A DNA stretch of 64,000 nt, taken from assembly GCA_001179505.1 (NCBI GenBank), contig CDMY01000271.1:76803-140802 (forward strand), written 5' to 3'. A program made the translations under genes and the position numbers. Origin of the DNA: Vitrella brassicaformis CCMP3155. Its lineage: Eukaryota; Protista; Chromerida. Under the pieces are notes generated by a model that saw only the letters and a program-made list of their open reading frames with translations, was not told where the DNA came from and searched no databases. Positions 39,219-50,828 of the stretch are shown here, one piece after another; the stretch's first letter is position 1, and the number at the start of each line of letters is the position of its first letter.

Positions 39219-40833
39219 ATGCCGTCATCGGGGCGTTTCCAGGTGCGGGACGGTGAAGAGAGCAACGGAGGGCGGGAAACGAAAGATGCGCTTGCCGACT
39301 GATCAATGGTGTGTCTGTTGTGTGTGGTCTGTCTGTGTGTGTTGGCGGTGTGCAGGTGACGTGTCAGACAGAGCTGGTAAGCACCGAGGCACTGAGGACC
39401 TATCTCTCTCACTTGTGGATCACATCTCCCTGTGCTATCATCACGGCTGTTGGTGTGCAGGGTGAGGAGGTCCGTGTTGTGGGCAGCATCGACGAGCTGG
39501 GCCGATGGGATGTAAGTCGCAAACACTGCCACACACCACAGACCGGACAGCGTCAACTGACGCATCCATCCATCGGTGGTGTGCTCGCCGCCCGTGTCAC
39601 TCAGGTGTCGAAGGCCCTCCCCCTCACCACCGACGAGCGCAGCTACCCTCTGTGGTCCTCGGAGGTCATGAAGTACCCCTCGCTCAAGACAGGCATGAAA
39701 ATGGTGGGTAACAACCTCTGCAACTCTCTTGCAACACAAGCAAGCGTTGGTTGCTTATTTGCGCTTGTGTGTAATGTCTGTCCTTAATGACTGCAATGCA
39801 GGAGTACAAGTATGTGGTGGTCACTCCCGATGGCGAGGTCAAGTGGGAGGAGTTCCCCCTCAACCGGCTGTTTGTGTTGCCGCCCTCGTCTCGCTTCCGC
39901 GTGACTGACGGGACGTTCGGTGAGATGTCGCCCAACGAGACCAACAGGTCCAAGGTCATTGTCGAGGTCTACGCACCCCCCGACTGGACAGTCGTCGATG
40001 GGTGAGGAAGGAACAGAAAACACCTTTAGAACAAACATGCCATGCCGTGCCAACGAGGTGTGGTGTCTGTCACATGCTTGAATGTCTGACAGGTCGTCGA
40101 TGGAGTCCCCGTCGCCCAACGTCTCTCCCCAGTACTACCCGCCCTCTCTGCCCCCTCCCCCGCCCCCCAAGCAGCCCCTCACAGAGACCAGCGAGACGGT
40201 CGTCATAGTCACCAAGGAGACCCCGCCGCCAACCGCACCCATTCCCATACCCCAGCCAGAGGAAACAGTCCCCACCACAGTCCCCTCTCCCTCACCCGCA
40301 GCAGCATCGCCTGACGCCACCACAGTCAGCCCCTCGTCGTCAATCGCGCGTATGGCTGCTGTGCCTGCCCCGGAGGAGACCAAGGAGATGGGGTCGCCGA
40401 CTCTGTCTGCCGAGGGCATGACGGCCGACAGCGAGGGAGATCTGGACGAGGGCAGCCATGCCCCCGTTACGGGGGAGGGTGTGGTGGTTATGAGCGACGT
40501 CAAAGAGGCCTTGTCGCGTATCTCGGAGGGTGAGGAACTGACCAACGATGATGTCAGCGGCGGTGAAACCAACAAAGTGCAGCAGCAGGTAAAGGGCAAG
40601 CCAAGCCAGCTCGTCATTCGTGTCTCATATCTGCAGACATTGTGTCGCTTTTTTGTCCGTGTGTCTTGCTGTTATATGCTCAGAGTGCCCCCGTGTGTGT
40701 GTCTGATGTACGCCAAGTGATGCCTCCCGCGCCTCCAAACCGGTCCCTGTTCGGCCCTTCCTCACGCAAGTCGACCCCTGCAGACATCGAACGATCCCGG
40801 GCATTCCTCAGCCGCATGTTCGGGGGCGTCTAG
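39219..40833 (+). CDS. CBM20 starch-binding domain protein with Pro/Thr/Ser-rich tail; paralog of the upstream gene
   Basis: MPSSGRFQ|VTCQTE..|GEEVRVVGSIDELGRWD|VSKALPLTTDERSYPLWSS..|EYKYVVVTPDGEVKWEEFPLNR, with the same exon layout as the minus-strand paralog and no TM segment seen. Confidence 0.85.
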
Positions 40834-42143
40834 GGAGAAGAAAGGCAAGACTCAACCTCCGTGCCCTTCCTTCTTTTTCTCTGTGATTTTTCTGGCATAC
40901 CAGACGCCTGCAATCAAATGATGGATGGATGCTAGGCTGCCTGTTGTCGCCTGTGACCGTTTGTTTTCATGTTTCACAGAGAGAGGGAGGGAGTTTTGGC
41001 GAGCAGGGCAAGATCGTAGGGAGGGAGGGGGGAGGAGAGGAACGAAAGAAGTGTTTCTGTCTCGGATTTTTCTCTTCTCACATCATGTGCACACAAGACA
41101 TGGCTGCTTTATTCATTCATCCTTCCATCTATCCATCTGTCATCGCATCTTTTCTTTTCGTCCGTTTGGTCGTGTGTGGGAATGCGTCTGCACACTGACG
41201 GCGCAACGGCTGACAAGAGGGGCGCTCTTTTGGCTCCATCGAATGCATTGCGTTACATTGCGTATATCGCACACACATGGGACATGGGGGCAGAAGGAGG
41301 GGGAGGGGAGGGGAGGGACGGGAGAGACAGTGACTGACATATGCCGGGGTGTTTTTCAGTGAGGAGAAAGTGGGAGTGAGAGCTGCCGACCGGCCGGCCG
41401 GCCGACTAGAGGAGAGGGAGAAGTGTCTACTACCTGCCCATCCTGTCTGCCTCTATCGCTTCTATCCTTTCCTCTCTCAAACCAGACAGAGGCCATTTCC
41501 TTCCATTAATTGCGGTACTTAGTGAAAGCGCGGGGGGGCGGGGGGGCGGGGTGTAGTGCTGCGCTTGGCGGACAGTTGTATATATAGAGAGGGAGAGAGA
41601 GAGAGCACGATGAATTAGATAGATCCAACGACACGACACACATCAGACAGGCCGAGAGCAGGCAAGAAGAGCGAGCCAGACGGGCTGCGCACCGTCCATT
41701 CCCTTAGATTATCCAGTGCCGGCCGTTGCGTGAGTTTATTCAGAGAGAGATGATCCATCCATCCATGAGTGGCAGACTGCCTTGATCGCATCCATCTCAC
41801 TCACCAGAGCAGGTTTTGTGCTGGCACCATGGACAAATTGGCAGGCACCTCCCGCAACCGAGAGCATAGCGTGTACTCGTGAATTCGGAATGACGTGTGT
41901 GCGTGTGGGGGAGGTGGTGGCTCGTTTTGGTGTAGTGACAGACACGACAGACACCCCTCGGTCTGGCGCGGCTGATGACTGATTGCTGGCAGGGCGCACA
42001 CGGTGGGCATGGTGTCAGCACTCAAGTACCACGTGCATGACAGAGCAATAACTCAGGAAGTGTCACTTATCATAGTACACAGCACCCAAAAAGCTGACGA
42101 CCGGTTCAATCACATCACACGACGACTGCAGGCTGGCCGGCTG

Positions 42144-42433
42144 TCATGGCCTCAGATCCTTGATCTGCCATGCATCGAGCTTCTTCTTCTGCCGCTCTAT
42201 GTCACGGAGAACACCCGAGTGACGTTTCTGATAGATCAACAGGAAGAAGCACACACACAGGACAGGCAGGCAGCGATGTGACGATGGATGGGAATGACAG
42301 CGATCTCTCTCTCTTTTGGTCTGCTTACGTCCCTGTTGTCTTCTTTGTACCAGTTGACGTACACAAACATTCCCAGGAACCACACGCTGGCCGTGCCGAC
42401 CCAAAAGAGCTCCCGCCTCGTCCAGGTGCTCAT
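42144..42433 (-). CDS. PET117: PET117-like cytochrome c oxidase assembly factor (62 aa, 2 exons)
   Basis: Exon 42433-42329 plus exon 42227-42144 with a clean gtaag...cag intron gives MSTWTRRELFWVGTASVWFLGMFVYVNWYKEDNRD|KRHSGVLRDIERQKKKLDAWQIKDLRP*. This is a single TM followed by the H-x-G-V-x-R-D-I-E-R-Q motif of PET117. Confidence 0.72.
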
Positions 42434-42772
42434 TCAAAGGCTCGGCTTCGGCGGCACGCCAAGCCCATGGACTCCTGAATGGCTGGCTGCACGATTCGCG
42501 CGCTCGCCTTAGGGTACTATGGAACCAAAGAGTTTCACGAAGTCTCTCAAACCCTAAGGTCAAACCCTAAGGAGGGAAGACTTGGAAGAAATCAACTCGC
42601 CGCGAGGGAGGACAAGGAAGGACATCGTCACACAGCAGATCCAGCCCACATCCACCCCAGATCCCATCAACGAATCGCATCAACCTCACTCAAGTGATCA
42701 GTCAATCGCACCAGCTCTCTCTCTGTACCTACCGCACATCCTTCCATCTATCGCACTCACCCGTCGCACTGA

Positions 42773-44256
42773 ATGAAGGTTCCAGCAGCCGAGAAGCAGG
42801 GCGTCCCCACCGACCGCACCCTCGCCTTCCAGAAGGCGGCAACAGCCTCGGGCGGCGACGATGCCGAGCGGATCGTGCACCTCTTGCGCTCATGGGACAC
42901 TGACGGAGATGGCATGTTCAGGTGGGCAAAGAGAGAAAGGGGGGCAGGGAGACACGCATGCGTGGGTGGGTGTGGGACTGACTGGTTCTGTGTGTGGGAT
43001 GTTCGTGTGTGCAGCGTCCAGGAGGTGTTGTCGGCTGCCCGCCAGATGATGTCTGAGCGCAAGACCAACCGACGCCTTCTCTGGGTCATCGCTGGCGTGG
43101 CCGTCCTTTATGGTGAGTGAGATCACACCCCACACACACTGATCACTGAAGCATCCGTCATGCACACGCTCTCTCCCTCTGTGTGCCTGTGTGCAGTCCT
43201 CACCGTCGCGGTCCTCCTGGGCATCACTGTGGGCGCCGTCGAGCTCGCCAAGGATGCCAAACCCGACGAGAACGGCAACATGATCAACCTACACGGAGCC
43301 AAGGATGTCGTTCGTAAGTCAGACACGCACGGAAGGGACAAGGGAAAGAACACCGCTTTCTTGCAAAGTATGAGTGTCGGTTCTGTGGTGCTTGTCTCTT
43401 CTATCTGTAGACACCAAGGCGAAGACCGACGTCGCCTCCCCGTTCGACTTTGTGACTCAGAGCCTCGCCGACCTCGAACAGGTGACAAGGCACAAACGCA
43501 CACCGCTCCTTCATTATCGGTGGTGATGGACGCATCTGTCTGCCCTCCCTCGTGTCATCGGTTATCTGTGTGCAGATCGACGCCCTGTACATTGACGATC
43601 TGCTCACCAAGGAGGGCAAGACGATCGAGAGATACTACAAGGTCATGACGGTCTCCAGAAGCAAGGACGACGGCTCCGTCAAGGTACGCAACACGACATG
43701 TCGAGTTGTTGCATCGCACCACTTTGGCCCACATCTCCTTCCCCTCTGGTCTCTCGCTGGTTGCCTGCAGGTCGAATTCTTCGGCGGCGACTACCTGGAG
43801 GTGGACAAGGAGCGTGCACTGCTCTTCCGGCCCAAACCGGAGAGCGGCTGTGGCGCCGAGGCCGAGGGCTTCGAGGCCCCCGAGGGTTTCTGTCCCGTCG
43901 CCGAGATCATCAACGGGGCCGACCCTCGTGACGCTGAGGCGAGCGGGGAGCCCGACGCCAGACGTCTGCTGCGCGACGGCCGCCAGCTGCAGGCCAGAAC
44001 CTCCATCGTCGGGCCCGCCTACAACACTGGCCCGCGCGGCGTCGGCGGCAACATCAATTTCAATACGGGCCGCATCTACGGCAGCGGTAAGGACGACGAA
44101 CGTCACACGTGGCCTCATTCTATCATGTGCGCCAACCTCTCTGTATGTATGTGTGTTTTGTGGTGTGTTGCAGATGGCATCGTGTCCTTGGGCAGATCGC
44201 GGTTCTTCGGGCAAGGCCAGTTCCGCAGCTGCAATGGGCCTGCGTGCTCGTTCTAA
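42773..44256 (+). CDS. Hypothetical membrane protein with an N-terminal EF-hand, a long hydrophobic segment and a lumenal domain
   Basis: Spliced canonical EF loop DTDGDGMFS|VQE, then hydrophobic LLWVIAGVAVLY|VLTVAVLLGITVGAV, further in-frame exons, and an ending RRLLRDGRQLQ..FRSCNGPACSF*. Confidence 0.7.
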
Positions 44257-45254
44257 GGGACACCTATCGCGACAGGCGACGTCTCCGGGGTAGGGGAGGG
44301 GTAGGTTTTTTTTCGCTCGTTCGTGTAGGCGTACATGTGTGCGTAGCCTGCTGCCTGCCTCACCACTGCTTTTTTTCTCGGGGCGAGGCAGGCCTGTCTG
44401 CTCGCGGATTGCACAGGGGGGTGTCTGTGGGGTTCTGCTGAGGCGCGAGTGTCTCTCTCGGCGTGTGTCGGTCGTGTCACTGGGCCGAGTCTTCTCAGCC
44501 AGCCCTGTCTTGTCTTGTCGACCACCGGGTGTATTTGATCCATTCCTTCATGTGTGGCGTGGCTTCCAGCCACTACCTACTCGCTTCCCTGCCTGCCTGC
44601 CTGCCCATCACGCACTCACTTGGCGCGCAGCCTGTCTGTCCATTTGCCTACTTGCTCCCTGGTGCATGTGCATATATTCATGTCTGTCTGTCTGTCTGTC
44701 TGCGTGGACGTTTTTCCGTATTCCCATCCCCTCGCTGCACCCTCCCCCCGCGTGCGTGTCTGCGCGTGTGTGTTTGTGCCGCTCTTTTATGGAGCTGGAC
44801 GTGCGTGCTGGCATGCTCTCTGGGGCGGTGGGTGCGTGAGACGGTTTTCTAGTCGTGCGTGCGGTGTATCGAAGCACCTATATGCCAGTCAGTCGTGGCG
44901 CATGCTTGTTTATGTGATGTCTAAATGTCGTGTGTCTCAGTCTTGTGTAGGTGCATATATCACATCCATACTTTCTTCTTCACACGGACCGCTCAGCGTG
45001 TGGGGGGATGGACAGGACTTGGGGACGGACGGCTGCATCATTCATCGATTCTACTGAATGGCATTACTTCCACCATTCTTTGTAGAAATGGATCACACGA
45101 CTCGCATGTAGTCATGGAAATAATATGACACCACACAAAGCCACACGTTGTCCATCCATCCATCCATCCATTCGTCGATCATTTTCTGAGTCTTTCACAA
45201 ATAGGCAGTGCCTGTCTGTCTGTCTGTCTGTCTGTCTGTCGACCAGCCATACAC

Positions 45255-46802
45255 TCATCTCATACCAATGCTAGAAGGGCCCCCCCGTCCCCCCGACCCG
45301 AGGGAGAGCTTGACAGCCGCCCCAGCTGCCGGCACCAGCTCCTCCGCGCCCCTGTCCTCCCCCCGCCTCAGTGCACGGTTCCTTCTCCGCAAAAGTGCTA
45401 GCTTCTCGGGCGCCTGCGTCTTGACGAGGTTGAGGCGGTCCCGCAGGTCGGAGTAGTCCTCGCTCTCTACCACCTTGCACTTGTAGTATAAGTCGCGCCG
45501 CTTCTTGGGGTAGAGGTAGAGCATCAGGAAGTCGGCTGCCAGGGTGGCGGTGCGGAGGAGGGCCATGCAGGCGCCTATCTGGATGACAATGAGGGTGAGG
45601 GCGACCTTCCTGCCGATGCCCTGCGAGTCGACGAGGATGCGGATGCCCCGCATAAAGTACGCGTCTCGCCGGTCGGTCTTGCTGCCGCTGTCTCGGTAGT
45701 GGTGCGCTCTCTTCTGCGTGAAGCCCCCACTCTGGGTGCCGATCTGCTCTGTGGTCGATGCGTTGAAGTCACGATCCAGCCGCTCCACCTTGACGTCATA
45801 CGGCTCACACTTCATCGTGACGTCGCAGTCCCACAGGAAAGTGACCCCCAGCAGGACGCCGGTGTCGCTCACGGCGTCGATGGTCAGCGATGAATGAGTT
45901 TTGTTGAGCAGCCCTGCCAGGGTGATGTTGCGGAACTCAGGGATGGAGGCCACAAAGAGGTAGTTGCCGATGTTAGGGAAGGCGATGCCCGCCTGCAGGT
46001 CGAGGACGAGCTTGTCCAGCCCCTTGACCTTGGTGATCTCCATGTCGCTCGACTTGTCGGCCGTGGCCTCATTGATGGTCGGACACCAGTTGGCGCCCTT
46101 GCAGTGCTTTGTGGCCTCGTCACACGTGGCTGGCGGCCGGCAGGGACACGGGTCGGTGAAGTCAACGCAGTCGCCCACCTGCTGGCCCCTCTGCACCATG
46201 ATCTTTGAAGCGATGAAAACGCCTGAAGCCTCGATCTCTGGGAAGCGGAGGTCGGATATGTCAAAGGCCCTCTGGGGGTTGGCGGCGTCGATGCTCTTGC
46301 CCTTGACTTTGGCTACGATAAACCCGTTGCCGGGCTCTTGGAACTGGTGGCGGCCCTGCTTCCACAGATTGAAGATGGCGAAATACAGAATGATCATTGT
46401 CACAATGCTCCAATACAGAAGTCCCAGCCACCGATCCTGAAGCCATCCATCCATCCATATGTGTGTGTGGGTGTGTTGGCTGCAAGGCAATGGTGATGCA
46501 CCTCACCTGGATGTTGACGACTTTGAATGTGCGGTACCTGCACAGCACAGAATGGACAGCGCGCCGCAGCACACAGACCGATGCACAGTGTGGATGCGTC
46601 AGATCTGTCCATCAACTCACGCGAACACACGGTCAAGATCCACTCCACAGAAAAGCTGCGGATCCTCATCCCCCTCGCGATGGTACGCACCGCTTGCTGC
46701 TGCTGCTGCAGCGGCGCTGGACGACGTGTGCTGCGCTCCTGGGCCGCCAGACATTGCAGGAAGCCTCTTCCCTCGGAGATTTACGTCAAAGCTCGCAACC
46801 AT
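45255..46802 (-). CDS. P2X purinoceptor-family trimeric ion channel (start at 46802 or 46754)
   Basis: RVFA|YRTFKVVNIQ|DRWLGLLYWSIVTMIILYFAI (TM1 with the YxTxK motif), AKVKG, QQVGDC, WCP, GVLLGVTFLWDCD, RGIRILV..GIGRK, TM2 IQIGACMALLRTATLAADFLML and C-terminal YYKCK. Confidence 0.92.
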
Positions 46803-46921
46803 GAACCCGCTGCGTCTACCCTTAGAGCCCAAAGGCCATGATTGCAGCCGCGTGCTCTGCTGTTTGTAGCGGGGAAACAGCACCTGCAGATCTTGGCGCC
46901 TCGTCCTGATAGCTTATCGCG

Positions 46922-49103
46922 ATGTTTGGTGGCGGCCTTGGCGGTGCGAGCGCAGTCAACTACAACACCAACGGCGACTACGAGGTGCCCCAATGCCCCA
47001 CAGACGGTACGAATGAATGACCTGACGTGCCGGTGAAGATGTCAATCGTCCATCGCTCCGTCTGCTCGTGTGGTTGGTTCGTTAGGTATATCTGAAGTAG
47101 CTTGGGCGAAGGGTCGCAACATTCTCGCGTGTGCGTCATGGGACAAGAGTGTGCGGATATGGGAAGTGACGGCGCAGCAGAGTGAGGGAGGGGAGGGCGG
47201 CAGAGAGGGATGGGGGGGAAGAAGAACGCGTTTGTGCGTGTCATGCGTTTCGTGTGTGGCATCTAATCTCCTGTTGTGTTCCATCAGCGTTTGGTGCCGC
47301 CGGTGGGTACACGGCAGCGCCCAAGGTGTCGTACAACCACGAGAGCCCGGCACTCACATGCGAATTCTCACACGTGAGCAACATTGGCTGAAGAGGACAG
47401 ACAGACAGACAGGCAGACAGCCTAGAGCCAGGCAGGAGTCATGTTGTCCTTTCTGTCCTTTGCGTGTGTTAGGATATGCAATACCTGTGGAGCGCTGGCT
47501 GCGACAAGAAGATCAAAGTGTGCAACCTGGGGGCGGCGGGCAACCCCACACAGGTGAGGTCGGTCAGGAGAGCGAGCGCACAAGAGAGGACACATACACA
47601 CATGCCCATCCCTGATGCGATCGTCTGACTGTGTGTCCATCTCATCTGCCTGTTGGTGTCATGTCCTGTGACGTGACAGGACTGTGGTACCCATGATGCG
47701 CCTATTCGGCATATCAAGTGGTGTCAGGAGCTCAACATGCTCATATCTGGTACGTGCCTCCCACATATATCAGCGACACCTACCTGCATTGTTCGGCTCT
47801 GTTTCTGTCAGGCGGTTGGGATCGTACGTTGAAGTTCTGGGATTTCAGGCAGGGGCAGCAGGCCACCACGCTGCAGCTCCCAGAACGGGTGGCTGATTGG
47901 AAGGAAGGGGCGGAAAGACGCGCAAAAGGCGACCATCAATCTTTCACTTCACTGGCGCTGTTGTGTCCTTGTCATGTCAGTGCTATGCTATGGATTTGAA
48001 GTACCCTGTGTTGGTTGTGGGCACGGCTGACCTGCACGTGCTCATCTACAACCTCCAGAACATACAGCAGACCGGCGCGCCCGTCAAGGTAAGTAAGGTA
48101 CACAGGCAAGACAAGACGTCAATCAGCCGAGCCCTGTCAATGCATTGCAATGCGTTGTGTGTGTGAATGATGTAATGTGTGCAGACGGTGACGTCCAACC
48201 TGAAGATGCAGACGCGTTGTGTGTCCATCTTCACCGACAAGACGGGATGGGCTACGGGGTCGGTGGAGGGGCGCGTGTACATCGCATACATCGACGAGAG
48301 CCAGTCGTAAGACACTCACACCCACACCACACCACACCACACCACACCACACAACATCCACCGCACACACCTGCCTGACGGTGGTTGATTGTGGTGCGTG
48401 CTGTCTGTGCAAGCTCCAGTGGCAAGAGTTTTGCGTTCAAGTGTCACCGTGTGGATCGCGGTCACAACGAGAGCGACATCTACCCCGTCAACTCCATCGA
48501 CTTTCATCCCCAGTTCGGCACATTCGCCACCACGGTGCAATGCACTTGACGAGGTGGCGCCCTGGTCTGATTGATGTTGTGATTCACTTATTGCAGGGAT
48601 CTGATGGGACGTTTGTGTTCTGGGACAAGGATAACAAGCAGAGGTCAGAGGCACGCAGGCCGAGAGGAGAGGAGGGAGGGCAGCGATGGAGGATATCGTG
48701 CGTCTGTCTGCCTCATATTTATTGTATGCACAGGTTGAAGCAGTTCAAGCCCGTCAACATCGCCATCCCCTGCGCCCGCTTCAACTATGACGGCTCCATC
48801 TTCGCATACGCCTGCTCATACGACTGGCACAAAGTGCATCCAACACGCAACCCACAACAGCCACCCACACGCAAGGTGAGGTGGCTGTCTGTTGTGTCGT
48901 TGTCTATCAGGGTCACGATGGCGCTCTCTCGACCAACCCGAACAAGATCTTGCTGCACAGGGTGGGTAGAGTGGAGGGCCAACGATGGATGGATGGATTG
49001 CCACGCGTGTGTTGTGTTGATGGGATGGATGGATGCCACGCAGGTGACCGAAGACGAGATCAAGAACAAGAAACCACAAGGCGGTGAGGGAGAAGTGCAA
49101 TGA
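46922..49103 (+). CDS. RAE1: mRNA export factor Rae1/Gle2 (WD40)
   Basis: MFGG..DYEVPQCPTD|GISEVAW..ACASWDKSVRIWE, GGWDRTLKFWDFRQ, TLQLPER, YAMDLKYP, LKMQTRCVSIF, GSVEGRV, FAFKCHR, IYPVNSIDFHPQFGTFAT, GSDGTFVFWDKDNKQR, IFAYACSYDWHKG. Confidence 0.95.
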
Positions 49104-49482
49104 ATGAAGAAGGGGTCAATGCACAGCCTTAATTGTGGGTCCCCACTGGTTGCTTTCGTTCGAACAGGTGGTGGCCGCCGATAGACAGCGGGACGGGATG
49201 GGACAGGATGTGCGCATCTATCCCTCTAGAGCTGCGTTCGTTGGGGGGATACTGGTGGGTGGGTGGGTGGATGGATGGATGGATGTTGTACAGCTGTTCG
49301 TTCCATTCATGCATGATTGCGATGCTTTATACATTCACGCGCGTGGCGGACTGGGTGAGTGTCCTGTGAATGATAATTCTCTGTGTCACCGTGATACTCC
49401 GAGATTCTGTCAGGCATTCACCGCCATGTGTCGAAGTCCAATGCATACGCATACCAGAAAACCATCGCCACATTTTACCAGC

Positions 49483-50093
49483 TCAGCACCAGTGCTGATA
49501 CCCATTATTGACAGCGAAAAGGACCTTCCCCCCCACCCCCATCTCGATACAGTCTCGATGCGATATCACACCGACAGGCGTCTGCATGATCCACAGACCT
49601 GACGGACATGGACGCAAGCCATCGATCGAGGGCTGGCTGGATGCGCACGTGCATATGACCTCATCGCTCACCAGTATTGAAGCGTGTGCGATGCTTGAGC
49701 TCATGTGGCAGGAGCCATATGTCACGGCTGGGCTTGGACACAACACGAACATTCCGAATCACAGGGGCACCTGCAACCCCGCAGATAAGCAGAGATCTCA
49801 CATTTGGTCGTCCGTCTGTGCCCATCTATGTATCGTTTCATCGCACCGCTGACCTTGATATTGTTTGAGCAGTATCCTGATCTTGATGCCCTCCACCCTG
49901 AAGCCCCGGATGTAGCCCTCGCGTGTGAGGAGGTCCAGGATCTGCACACTCAAGGGAGTGTAGACGGTGCGCTGCTCCAGGGCCTTGGTCCGCAGCAGCG
50001 CAACCACCATCTCACACGCATGCTGAAGAGATGAAACCACATCCATTCGGTCGGCCAGTGCGCTGCGTCCTTTGTTTCTTCTCCCACCTGCAT
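49483..50093 (-). CDS. Nucleus-encoded mitochondrial ribosomal protein uS8
   Basis: Three exons give MQ|HACEMVVALLRTKALEQRTVYTPLSVQILDLLTREGYIRGF..LKQYQG|APVIRNVRVVSKPSRDIW..GLWIMQTPVGVISHRDCIEMGVGGKVL. These are S8 motifs (L..EGYI, SKPS, T..GV.S). Confidence 0.88.
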
Positions 50094-50828
50094 TGAGGAC
50101 GGTCAGCAAAAAGCGCCTGGATCAGCGCATTGGTGCTCAAACATCCTGCCTTGGGGCACGTTGCGCGAAACGGAAGTTTCAGCCATACACTTGCAGAAGA
50201 GATCTGACATTCCCACGGTCCCCTGGCTTGCTGCAGCCCTTCCACTTGAATCAACTGGTGGCGAGAAGACGCAAACAATGAACACGGCTGCCATTCTTGC
50301 AAGGAACGGGAGAGCATTGTTGCAGCTGGACCATGAGCTGAACGGCACTGCAAGCGGCAGTAAGGCGTGCCTATGGACGACTCATTGACTGAAGGACAGC
50401 TTTATGTTCTTTACATGGCGTCAGACAGCCAGCACAGACCAAGTCTCACGGCGCTGTTCATCAAGCCTTTCGGGCAGCCAGTGACCGAAATGCCACAGTG
50501 ATGTCCAATACAGAAGAAATATCAGGGGTACCGCACGGGCACAGGCAGCCTAATCATTGCGAATAAATCGTCCAGTATCGACTCCCAAGGCCGTCATAAA
50601 TCAAAGAATGCAACCACGTGTGTGCCCCGTGGGGCGAGGCGTCGTGTGTGCCCGTAACGTGCTTTCTTTCAAGTGACCCTGGTGGGCAGTGCAGTTATTT
50701 CTGATTCGGCATGACTGGTGACTCGCATTTATCCTTTCGATTCGATAGCTTGCATCGCATCTGCTATTCTCTGATGTCACCATTGCTATGTTGAACCGCC
50801 ATGAGACGACAAGAGAAAAGAAACAACA

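Noticed and set aside
40900-42100. ORFs at 40925-41362 and 41782-41982
   Set aside because: UTR or intergenic composition (poly-G, GA repeats), no splice-consistent model and no recognisable motif
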